NCBI GenBank assembly: GCA_964016885.1
Contig: OZ024740.1
Coordinates: 219,666,001-219,730,000, forward strand
Origin: Eledone cirrhosa
Lineage: Eukaryota
Direction: 5' to 3'
DNA: 64,000 bases
A program made the translations under genes and the position numbers. How positions within the stretch are numbered: position 1 is the stretch's first letter; the number at the start of each line of letters is the position of its first letter. The notes below the pieces were generated by a model. That model was not told where the DNA came from. It was given only the letters and a program-made list of their open reading frames with translations, and did no database searches. Shown piece by piece: positions 1 through 10,883 of the stretch.

Positions 1-344
1 ACTTTTATATTATTAGCCTGTTCGCTATCATATTTTTGCCTGTGATTTTCAGTTATTTCAAAATATAATCCAGGATTTAGAGAGATGTTGTTATATAACT
101 TTTTCATTATTCAGCTGGTGTTTAGAACATAGCTTATCAAAGATTCTTACCTAAAGCTATTATGGAAGGTTTTTAGATAAATATAACCACTTTAAAACAA
201 ACAGCTTTGTATCATAGAAGCAACGAATGACTGATAGCCTGTTTTGTATTTCTACAGTAAGAATTCAAAAATACAGAATTCATTTCTCAGTAGTGGCTGC
301 TGGCCACTTCTTTTGTGCTTAAGGATATTTCACCTGGTCTTCTT

Positions 345-725
345 CATCATCATCATCACCGTTTTACGTCCGTTCTTCCATGCTAGCATGGGTTAGACGG
401 GTTGTCCTGTTGTGGGCAGTGTCCAGTCGGCTGACCTTGTCTTGCTCATATGGGAACTGATTCTGGCTTGATTTCTACAGCTGGATGCCCTTCTTAACAC
501 CAACCTCATTTACAGTGAGTGCTGGGTGCTTTTTTTGCCGTGGCACCTACACGACCACTTTGCAGTGGAATGATAGGGACCCCAGTCCTATCATCTCATT
601 TCTACAGCTGAGTAAACTGGAGCAATGTGAAATAAAGTGTCTTGCTCAAGGAAATAACACATCACCCGGTCCGAGAATTGAACTCACAACCTTTCGATTG
701 CAAGCCCAATGCTCTAACCACTAAG
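345..725 (-). mobile_element. tRNA-derived SINE (CORE-like + Meta-like body, RTE-derived tail)
   Basis: tRNA-like head (A box tagtggttaga, B box gagttcaattct), ccttgagcaagacacttt segment, ggaagggcatccagctgtagaaa segment and (GAT)n tail. Many near-identical copies in the window. Confidence 0.85.
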
Positions 726-860
726 ATCTCCCAAATGCAGAGTCAGGATCGAACATTATTCAATCGTTCCTTGAGCTAATCGGCAGTGAAACATATGTAA
801 TATGTAATTAAATATTTATATGATGCAATACCGATTTGTTGTTCCCATTTATTATTATTA
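726..860 (+). mobile_element. Truncated copy of extended-stem-II hammerhead element
   Basis: cagagtcagg (738-747), ccttgagct (769-777) and GAAA-CATATG-TA (788-799). The CUGANGA half is lost at the SINE junction. Confidence 0.55.
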
Positions 861-874
861 TTATTATATATATG

Positions 875-1197
875 GCAATTAATTGTCAGAGTCATTAGAA
901 TGTTGGATAGAGTGCTTTTGGTATTTGTTCTTGCTCTCTGCTCTCTGTGTTCAAATCCCACTGAGGTCAACTTTGCTTTTCATCTTGTCGACGTCAATAA
1001 AAAAGAAGTACCAGTCTAGTACTGGGGTCAATTCTTCCTCTATATCTCTTTCTCACTTTCTATCTTTCTATGGAAGAAATCTGCTGTACTCAGGCCTGGA
1101 GAGGGATGGGCTCCAACAGGCTTAAAATTCCCAAGAGACACTGTATGCCACTATGGTGCCCCTATGACTCTATCAGGAGTTACAGTACCATACCATA
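875..1197 (+). mobile_element. Nin/Deu-domain SINE, long-tail variant
   Basis: gttcaaatccc B box, then aggtcaactttgcttttcatc...gtaccag. The tail ggaagaaatctgctgtactcag...ggagttacag recurs at 13193-13520 and inverted at 54395-54500. Confidence 0.65.
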
Positions 1198-1216
1198 TGT
1201 AAATATATATATATAA

Positions 1217-1269
<53 letters not shown>

Positions 1270-1393
1270 GAGGTGAGTTCTATTGTAGTACAATAAAGCA
1301 ATGCAGATATCGGATAAGAAGCACTCTACAGTTTGTAGGACTGGAGTATACATAATATATAAGAACAAAAGATGGTTAAAAGAGTTCCATGTA

Positions 1394-1460
1394 TTTTATT
1401 ATGCGCATTTCAAAAACAAATATCATCATGCAATAATATTTGTGTTTTCATCAGATAAAA
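1394..1460 (-). ncRNA. Minimal type-I hammerhead ribozyme motif
   Basis: Minus strand reads UUUUAU CUGAUGA aaacacaaauau...auauuuguuuuu GAAA UGCGCA UA AUAAAA. This gives a 6-bp stem I, an ~11-bp stem II and a palindromic stem III. It sits in a ~260-bp segment between (TA)n runs. Confidence 0.75.
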
Positions 1461-1546
1461 CAGGAAGACATGATATGAAGATTAAAAAACACTTGTGGAT
1501 AGTGCAGTTTTAAATCAACATATGATATATATATATATATATATAT

Positions 1547-1740
1547 ATCATCATCATCATCATCATTTTACGTTCGCTTTTCCCTGCTTGCAAGGGTGGG
1601 ACGGGAACTGATTCTGGCTTGATTTCTACAGCTGGATGCCCTTCCTAACACCAACCTAATTTACAGTGAGTGCTGGGTGCTTTTTTGCCGTGGCACCTCC
1701 ACGACCACTTTGCAGTGGAATAATATGGACCCCAGTCCTA
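1547..1740 (-). mobile_element. SINE, 5'-truncated (same family as 345-725)
   Basis: Same body sequence, tail and (GAT)n as the other copies. Confidence 0.8.
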
Positions 1741-2379
1741 TATATATATATATATATACATAAATACATAAACAGAGAAAGCTATTAGCGATACTCCGAA
1801 CAATTTCCAACTCACTCAACAAACATTAGGAAATACCGGAGTATATTCCTAATTAAACGTTTGGGGTGCTAACTATATTGTATTGTGTGGATAATCGGCT
1901 GTATTAGTTTATATGAGATATATTAAAATCTCATACATATATATATAAAGATTGTTGGTTCAGAGGAGAGAGATTATGAAGAGAAAGAAGACAGTTGGAA
2001 TTAGAGTGAGGGATGGCTGATGGTGATGCCATGGGAAAAGAGTGTTTTGTTCTCTCAGCATGTAGTGCCAATGATTTCCATAGAAACAGAAGACAGGAAA
2101 AAAAAACAAAATGATGTGTTAACACAACTCACCACAAGTGGGTGAGGGAATATAACATCTCACACTATTGTTTTGTCTTTTGGTGAATGGTACTAATTAA
2201 CTTTAGATGATGGTTCTATAATTTTTAGCAATCTTGCTAATAAAAGGCTCTTATGTAGAATGTTGTTGATTGTATTGTGGTGTAGGATAATTACATTATT
2301 CACTTAACATGAAAACAATGTCTACCATCTTTGTTGCAAATCTCGTCACATTTGTTCTCTATGTTATTGTTGTTGTTGT

Positions 2380-2671
2380 TACTACTACTACTACTACTAC
2401 TAATAATAATAATAATAATAATACTATTACTACTACTACTACCACCACCATCACCACCATCACCACTAAAACCACCACAACCACTACTACTACTACCACC
2501 ACCACCACACCTACCACCACCATGACCACCACAACCACAAACACCACTACAACCACCACCATCACCCCCACTACTACTACTACTACCACCACCACCACAA
2601 ACACCACTACAACCACTACTACTACTACAACTACTACTACCACCACCACCACAACCACAAACACCACTACA

Positions 2672-2706
<35 letters not shown>

Positions 2707-2775
2707 CACCGCCACCCCACGATCACCACCACAACCTCAAACACCACTACAACCACCACCTCTACTACTACTCAT
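2380..2775. repeat. (ACT/AAT/ACC)n trinucleotide repeat tract
   Basis: Direct inspection; explains the poly-Thr/poly-Val ORFs. Confidence 0.95.
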
Positions 2776-2902
2776 GAATCCGTGGCATCAAAAATGTTGA
2801 CAGTTTCATTAATTATAGCTGGAAATTATTTTCTTAATTTAAAAAATTGTTTGAAAATACTGTTTTCTATAGCATATAATATACTGTACACCCATACAGA
2901 CA

Positions 2903-2957
<55 letters not shown>

Positions 2958-3199
2958 ACATAATTTTAGAATGTATCAATTTTATTGTGATGCAAAAGGC
3001 AACACAGCTCGATTTATCTAGGATAGTCAGTCATCAAAATATATATGTCTCATTTGAAATAATACAGCCAACTTTCCACGCAATACTTTTAGTTAGCACC
3101 CCAAACACATAATTGGGAATATAAGCACTTATTTCCTAATGTTTGTTGAGTGAGTTGGAATTTGGCCGGAGTATCGCTAAAAAGCTTTCTCCGATATTG

Positions 3200-3240
<41 letters not shown>

Positions 3241-3243
<3 letters not shown>

Positions 3244-3720
3244 CAGAAGGGATATTCAATTTGTTGGTAATTCAACAAATATAAATGTTTATAACTGATT
3301 CAGAGCACTCAACAGGTTTTCTGGGGTATAATATTCAATGGTATTGAATAAATGGAAACTATATTTATAAAACCATATTTATTCTATTATATATATTTCA
3401 AGGGTACCAAAACTTTGGTACGCTATCATCAGATAAAATACGAAGTGTGTTTTATAAATTTTGACATTACCAAGGAAAGTATACCTTAATGGTTCAAGTT
3501 TTCCTTGGATATACATAATATACCTTAACGGTTCAAGTTTTCCCTAAGGAAAACTTGAACCGTTAAGGTATATTTTCCTTGGTTATGTCAAAATTTATAA
3601 AACACACTTCGTATTTTATCTGATGATAGTGTACCAAAGTTTTGGTACCCTTGAAATATATATATAATAGAATAAATATGGTTTTATAAATATAGTTTCC
3701 ATTTATTTAATATCATTGTG
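3241..3720. mobile_element. Fold-back Penelope-like pseudo-LTR derivative with two hammerhead motifs
   Basis: Arms about 3335-3540 and 3549-3718 are near-perfect reverse complements and homologous to 40141-40320 and 43927-44090. HHR on - at 3380-3440 and on + at 3612-3674. Flanked by (TA)n. Confidence 0.8.
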
Positions 3721-3776
3721 TATATATATATATATATTTGAAAAGGTTCTATACAAAAACAGTGATTATAGAGAAA

Positions 3777-4591
3777 AGGTAAAATTAGAAATAGCATGGA
3801 AAATATATTTAAGGGTCTGTTTTCCTTTTACTTTTTTTTTTTCCTTTCTTTGATCCGTTAAAGTGGCATTATTGAAAAAATGAGAGGGACAATTCTTTTT
3901 AAAAAAAGAGTTTTATAATGTATATAAAGTATATAAAGTATATAAAGTGTGGTTAGAAAAAGCTATCTCACTTACCGCTTTTCATAGGCGCCGCTAAATC
4001 CCATGGCTGGTTTCTCCTCTTCCACGTGCGTTCAACTCATTAACACCCAGGAGCTGCCAAACTCGCGTCCACACCGTTCCTACTCACCACTAGAGAGAGA
4101 CCGATCTGCTGGCCCTTCCAGTCGAGCACCCTTCCGGCCTAGCACCCTTCCGGTCAAGCACTCTCCCGGTCAAGCACTCCCCAGCTTCCGGCCACCGCAC
4201 ACCACACCATACCCACATAAAGTATTACCGGTTTCAATGTATTAGTAAAGTTCACCTTAGCAAATGTTGAGTATTGCAATTAAAAAGAAAAAACTAAAAA
4301 TTAAAGATTTAAAATTAAGTGTTGAGGTAAATTTTTTTCACCTTCCTTGTTGAGAAGGAGACTGGAAAAAAGTTTTTAATCCTTATTAATTCTTTTTAAT
4401 TGTAATACTCAACATTTTACTAATACATCGAAACCGGTAATACTTTATATACTTTATATACATTATAAAACTCTTTATTTTAAAAGAATTGTCCCTCTCA
4501 TTTTTTCAATAATGCCACTTTGACGAATCAAAGAAAGGAAAAAAAAGAAAAGCAGACCCTGAAATAATTTTTCCATGCTATTTCCAATTTC

Positions 4592-4594
<3 letters not shown>
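3777..4594. mobile_element. Fold-back element with nested inverted repeats
   Basis: About 3777-3945 is the reverse complement of about 4440-4594. Inner inverted pair at about 4222-4290 / 4390-4443. GC-rich insert at about 3950-4220. Confidence 0.65.
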
Positions 4595-4682
<88 letters not shown>

Positions 4683-4683
4683 A

Positions 4684-5570
4684 CAGGGTGTGGACGATAT
4701 TTGTTCACAAGATTACTGTCTAGGAAAAAAAATAACACAGTAGTTTTATTTTTTAAGATATATTTATCAAACTTGGGTCTGTTTGTCTTCATGACTTGTT
4801 CTTTCGATCTCACTCAATAAACCTGCCATTGGCTTTGATGACGGCCTCAAGGCGGCCTCGGAACCTGCTACAGGCCTTCGTCACTGTCCCCCGACTTAGG
4901 CCCCTAAAGGCACTTGTGATCCTGGCCTTCGGATCGTCTTTCGTATTGCAGCTAGATCTGTTGGTGTCTCATTTCACTGTGCCCCACACAAAGAAGTCGA
5001 GAGGGTTGCAGTCAGGCGAGCTGGGAGGCCAGATGTCAGGTGAAGTGTGGTCGATGAAGTTCTCTGACAGCCAGGCTTGGGTCTTTCGGCTGGTATGGCA
5101 GGGCGCTGAGTCTTGCTGCCACACGTACGCCCTACCTGCAGCTACCTGGTCGATCCAGGGCTTTACTACCTCGCTCAGAACGCAGATGTAGCCATCAGTA
5201 TTCAGCTTGAAGCGTTCTGAAGGCGTCAGCTCGGGCATTCTGAAGGCGTCAGATCGTCGATCATGTATTTTCCTCTCTGATGTTGCTTCGTAGTCGAATC
5301 CTGAATCTTCCAATTCCTTTCTGATCTTTTCCACCATTCTCCTGCTGATGCTGAGAAAGTCTGAAATTTCCTTATTTGTCCTCCCGGCGTGCATTACAAG
5401 AAGAACTCCGTGTCTCTTCCACAAATTTGGAGGTTCAAAATTATTCATAATCAATTATTCTGAAAATAAATAATGGAAATATAGTCATTGTTTTTATGAA
5501 GACAAGAGTGACAACGGAAGTAAAAAAAATTTGCTGTTGAAAATTGCTAACAAATATCGTCCACACCCTC
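4684..5570 (-). mobile_element. Tc1/mariner superfamily DD37D (maT-like) transposon, internally deleted
   Basis: TIRs cagggtgtggacgatatttgtt / aacaaatatcgtccacaccctc in a TA context. ORF 4969-5454 has an HTH-like N-terminus and WQQDSAPCH...WPPSSPDCNPLDFFVWG, with 37 residues between the second and third Asp. Confidence 0.9.
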
Positions 5571-5712
5571 TATATATATATATATATAATTGGTGTTGGA
5601 TGCTTAAAGCGTCCGTATGCGGTAGGGCGTTTGAGCACTCGATGCTCTCATAGAGCAGAGTATGATATCACAAAAAAAGGAGAATCAGTGTTGCGACGAA
5701 TGGAATTTATTG

Positions 5713-5808
5713 GACGTATTACAATCGTTACTCTGGCGACCAGCTCGAGGCACGATCAATGTGATGATCGAACCTGACTCTGAAAATTGCAAGGTCCTCA
5801 GATACGTC
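5713..5808 (-). ncRNA. Hammerhead-like motif with extended stem II
   Basis: GACGUAU CUGAGGA [63 nt] GUAA CGAUUG UA AUACGUC, then caauaaa. Perfect 7-bp stem I; one substitution in the GAAA core. Confidence 0.65.
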
Positions 5809-6102
5809 TTAATTCTACATACATATATATATAAGGGCGGTGCCCCAGCATGGCCTCAGCCGGATGCCTATTACAGGTAAAAGAGTATATATATACATAT
5901 ATATATATATACATCCAGCCGTAGAAAACCCGCCAGACAGTCCTATACGAGCAAGACAACCACTCTTGCCTCAAGTGGGAAAACTCCCATCCAAACCCAT
6001 CCAAGCGTGGAATATGGACGTTAAACGATGATGATGATACAAAGTGTTAAAACGATCAAATTTTAGTCTAGAACATTTATTTGCTGACAATTGTTTACAT
6101 AT

Positions 6103-6162
<60 letters not shown>

Positions 6163-6166
<4 letters not shown>

Positions 6167-6355
6167 TGTCTCTACTTTAGGCACAAGGCCAGCAATATTA
6201 CAGTGCATTACTGGTACTTTATTTTATCGACCCCGTAAGGATGAAAGGCAAAGTCAACCTCGGCGGGATTTGAACTCAGATCGTAAAGGGACGTAACTAT
6301 GCTGGAAAGCATGGCGTCCGACCCTCCACTGATACTGCCAATCCACCACCCTTAA
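6163..6355 (-). mobile_element. Nin/Deu-domain SINE
   Basis: ctgagttcaaatcccgccgaggttgactttgcctttcatccttacggggtcgataaaataaagtaccag and an (ATT)n tail. Further copies at 8183-8378, 12230-12415, 12868-13070, 15200-15365, 17193-17376, 46683-46875, 60406-60790. Confidence 0.85.
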
Positions 6356-6360
6356 TAAAG

Positions 6361-6985
6361 ATAATAATAATAATAATGCTTTCTTTATTAACCACAAGGG
6401 TTTACACAAAGTAGACATTAAGGACAGTACAGGACAATACAGGACGGTACAATGGCATTTCTGCGTGTAAAAAAACATAAAACAGAGGATGTAACAAAAA
6501 AAGAACAATGAAAAATTCCCCAATAGGGGGGAGACTTCCGAGGGCCATCGTGGAGAAAGCCCATTAAAAAAAAGCCATGGTGACCCTGACCACCAGGGCA
6601 AGTGCCCTCTCCCAGTTTTCCACCTTTAATTTACAGGCACATACTCAGAGTAGGTCCACTCACTCGGGCCATTCTTGCCTCTCTCACCCATCTTTCAACA
6701 AAAAGCTGGGAAGAGAGCACTTCCCTCTCTACCCTGATTTTCCTTTTCAAATGAAATTTGAAAAAGTTAATCAGGGCATCACCGAAGAGGTAAGTGCTCG
6801 TCTTCAGCCCTTTCAGACGTGTCCACCATACTATCTCTTTCGCCATGGCCACCAGACAGATAAAAACTGCCTGCCCTTCCCGGCTAAAGGAAGAGGGCGG
6901 GGCAATCCTCACGATGGGCTCAGCTGATAGCCCGATCCGTTCTACACGCGACAGCAGGTGTTCGACATAAACCCACAAGTCAGCA
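6361..6985 (-). mobile_element. L1/Tx1-clade LINE 3' fragment
   Basis: ORF 6631-6978 (AMAKEIVWWTR...INFFKFHLKRKIRVE...FVERW) resembles a Tx1/L1 ORF2 C-terminus. 3'UTR ends in aataaa plus (TTA)n. Confidence 0.6.
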
Positions 6986-7020
6986 ATGCTCAGGTTAAGC
7001 CTTCATTACGTTTATTGATT

Positions 7021-7105
7021 GGTGACGTGCGTTTCACAATTGATCAGCTCAAGGTTTGATCTGTATCGATCTGGCCTGACTCTGAAATCAAAAGCTCGTC
7101 GGACC
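7021..7105 (-). ncRNA. Hammerhead-like motif with extended stem II
   Basis: GGU CCGACGA [60 nt containing cagagucagg...ccuugagcug] GAAA CGCACG UC ACC, then aauaaa. GUC cleavage triplet; one substitution in CUGA. Confidence 0.6.
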
Positions 7106-7201
7106 TCTGTTGTAGTAATGACAGCTCTACACCTCGCTACTGACGAATCTAAACATTGAGTGCTCACCTGGGTGAACCTACAGCAACTTCACGTTACACT
7201 A

Positions 7202-7274
<73 letters not shown>

Positions 7275-7962
7275 TGTTCAAGGAGACAACAAACAGAGGT
7301 ACAAAAAGTCTTATTAGTTTCATACTTTATATTGGAAAGAGGAAAGAAAGTTCAATGCTTCCGGCTTAAGCCCTTCTTTAGGAGTACAAATAGAGACAGG
7401 ATCACAATGGAGAAACAGAAAGAATGTCCAGTAAAGACACAAAAAACAAAAATGAAAATGGAAAACAAAAAAGTCGTTATATATATAGTTATTTTCAATG
7501 TTGCTAATTAAGAAGTCCCTTTCCATATAATGATGGACCTCTGGAATAGCAACATCAATAATAAGTCCATCTCCATATCATTAGGTTGTATTGCATAAAA
7601 TGTTGTGTGAAATATTACGCAAGGGTATCATTATGTAATAAAGACTGATATTACAGATATGCTTATAACAGTAAATTATATAATAAAGGAAACTATGGTA
7701 ATCTAGCCTTCATATTCATTATTATTGTACATTCACAATGGGATGATTCATCTAGTCCCTGCTAGCATAGAAAATGGATATTAAATGTTGATGATGATGA
7801 TGATGATGATGATATACTCCATCATTACTACCCAGGTGATCCCAAATCACCATTAGAAAGATGCCTACGATGATGGATGCTTGATCCTGCTTATACCATC
7901 ATTTATTAATTGGAGTGCTGTAAATGCAACCCAACTACCAATTAATTAACATTTAATAACAC

Positions 7963-8116
<154 letters not shown>

Positions 8117-8182
8117 TAACAGTTTAAGCAAAAAATTGGATTTTAGTCTTCACATTTATTATTATTATTACTATATATATAT

Positions 8183-8378
8183 AAGGGTGGTGGGTTGGTA
8201 GTATCGGTAGAGAGTCGGATGCCATGCTTTGTAGTATAGAGTTACGGCCCTTTATGGTCTGAGTTCAAATCCCGCCGAGGTTAACTTTGCCTTTCATCCT
8301 TACGGGGTCGATAAAATAAAGTACCAGTAATACACTGGGATAATTGCTGGCCTTGTGCTAAAAGTAGAAACAATTATT
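8183..8378 (+). mobile_element. Nin/Deu-domain SINE
   Basis: Same family as 6163-6355. Confidence 0.85.
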
Positions 8379-8395
8379 ACTATATATATATATAT

Positions 8396-9514
8396 ACTAG
8401 ACCGAAAAATGCGGGCGCATGTGTATTAATATTCTTAAATAATAATAAACCCGGAAAAGTACAGGACAAGTAGAATTAACTCTTAAAATATTGAAGCTGG
8501 AATTTGAATTTGATGAATTTAATGTACAGTAAAATTAGCAATGCCAAGAGATAATAAGAAATAATAATGTATTAGGGATTTATTAGATATTAAGTCATCA
8601 GTTTGCCTAAGTCAGCAATCACCATTTTGCCAACCAAATGCAATTAATGTCATCAATCTTTTTTACATAAATTGTCAGTTCATTTAAGTTGTCACTATTT
8701 TTTGTCCCTTTAGTGGGTTAATTATACTGTATTACTTTAAAAATTGACATTAAAAATTAATTTAAATTAATAGTAAAAAGTAATGAGCTAAATTTTGCAT
8801 AAATTGTCATCATATTAAAATTATTAATCTAATTTCATTTTAAAAAAAGTTAAGCCAAAATTTCTCAAGATCGAATTACAGTTGACTCTCCCTAATTGTC
8901 AACGCCATTTTTGGCCCAACTTTTATTTTTTTGTGACTCTCCCTAATTGTCAGTCATTTTTACAGTTCCTTTGAGTGACAATTAGAGATAGTCAACTGTA
9001 TTTCAAAAAGAAAATTTAGTGATCAAGTGCAATATCATTCTGATTGATAATCTGGATTACTGTTCCTTTCTTATGAGGAAACAGAGACTATCTTTTAGAG
9101 ATTAGCACCAAAGATTAACTAGGCCATTCCTAATGAATGAAGGTGATTTCTAGATCGTTTCTAATTATTTAATTAATAATTAAAGTAAAAAATTATCTTG
9201 GTTGTCTTTAGGTCATTCTTGTGTTATTCTAAATCTATCCATGAAAGAGCTAGGAATGACCATTCCACATGCCAGTGCCGAAACGCTGGCACAGAAATAC
9301 CTGCACCGAAACGTCCTGTTCCATGACATCTTAACAACCTTTACCTCCTTGTGATTAAGTGTGATGTCATAGGCTTATTATTGTACATTTAATTCATCAA
9401 ATTCAAATTCCAGCTTCAATATTTTAAGAGTTAATTCTACTTGTCCTGTATTTTTCCAGGTTTATTATTATTTAAGAATATTAATACACATGCGCCCGCA
9501 TTTTTCGGTCTAGT
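8396..9514. mobile_element. Element bounded by ~133-bp inverted repeats resembling Helitron 3' ends
   Basis: 8396-8528 is the reverse complement of 9382-9514. Each arm ends outward in the hairpin atgcgcccgcat followed by ttttcggtCTAG|T. Confidence 0.65.
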
Positions 9515-10883
9515 CCCCTTTTTTTTAAGGCATTGCAGCAAATTATTTTATTGAAATTACCTTGACCATTTGCTAAGGCATTTAGAATTCTTTTTTCATC
9601 AATAAAAATTAACTTTTCATTTCAATATTTCTATAAAATCCAAAATATTAAAATTGAAAAGGTATTTTGTAGAATATAATCAATAGAGACATTTGCTTTT
9701 CTGAACACCCTTACTACAAGACTTCAGGTGTCCCATAGAGACAAAGCTATAATTGACTATACTCTAATGATCAATTTAGAGTTTAACTTAACAAGTGAAG
9801 TTATTAAAGATGCTAGAAAAACAAGCAATTAAAATAACTGAGTCAAAAATAAATAAAATAAAGTAGTAAATAAAATACCAATAAACTGAGCTCAAATTCA
9901 ACAATAATTTGTCCATAATTAGCAGTTAGTCCAAAATATCAATGTCCTCCTGACTAATTTCTTTATCATTATTTTCATAAGGTTGGCCAGGTGTTGAATT
10001 TTTGCATTTACATTCATCATTTTGACAATCCATACTTTCAAAATCATGACATCTCAATACATATAATGGAACATAGTCAACAGTATTCCTTTTAAAGAAA
10101 AAGTGCTCATTAGTGAAAGTATGGTACAAATGTTGTCCCCAATAAACAGCCAAAAGTCCTTTTTTTTCAACAAAATTATTAACTGTTCTGGCAGTATTTT
10201 TGATTTGTTTGAGCATGAAGTTTCTAATGCCCAAAGCAAAATTGTATGCTAGAGTAACTTTGTTTAGTCCTTTCTTATAATTTCTTCTGCTATTGTTCTT
10301 TTTTTTTTAAATTTAGTTAGTTTGTGAAGAATTAACAGTTTCACTTTCGACCAGACATAACTATCGATAATGTTTATTTGAGTTACTTAAGGGAAACTAC
10401 TTAGTACAGCTACGATGGATTTATACTAGAGTTATGTCCCTTAGCGTTACTCCTCATCTGATTTCGTCACTTAAAGTCACACAACTCGATTTCTATGGCA
10501 CCAATCTTTTTTAATATTGACAAATTTCGATTCAGCTTATCGAGTTCTATCTACTGAGATAGGTAGCATTAAATTACATTCGAAATTTAAAAAGTTATGA
10601 TGAGTCAAAGTCAATGAGGTACCTTATCCTCCACTATTTGACCACACATATTTTAGCATAACTTTTTTTCTACTGACCCAAATTTCAATTTCCTTATACC
10701 AAAATGTAGCCTGGGATGAGTCCATTCTAGTGCAAAAAAGCTGATCAAATTTGGTTGAGAACTGAATAAGTGACAAGTTCTAGAAGTGGCTGTCGTTGGG
10801 AAAAAGTTGACCTTAAGAATATTATTCACACACTACTGTGTGTGAATGATATATATATATATATTTATTATTATTATTATTAT

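Noticed and set aside
2309-2800. Mucin-like Thr-rich ORF (also 38256-38852 and 62082-62591)
   Set aside because: These are translations of trinucleotide microsatellites, with no splice or domain support.
4222-4443. GAAA-CCGG-UA half-hammerhead in both arms of the inner inverted repeat
   Set aside because: No recognisable CUGANGA upstream in either arm, so it is not counted as a ribozyme.
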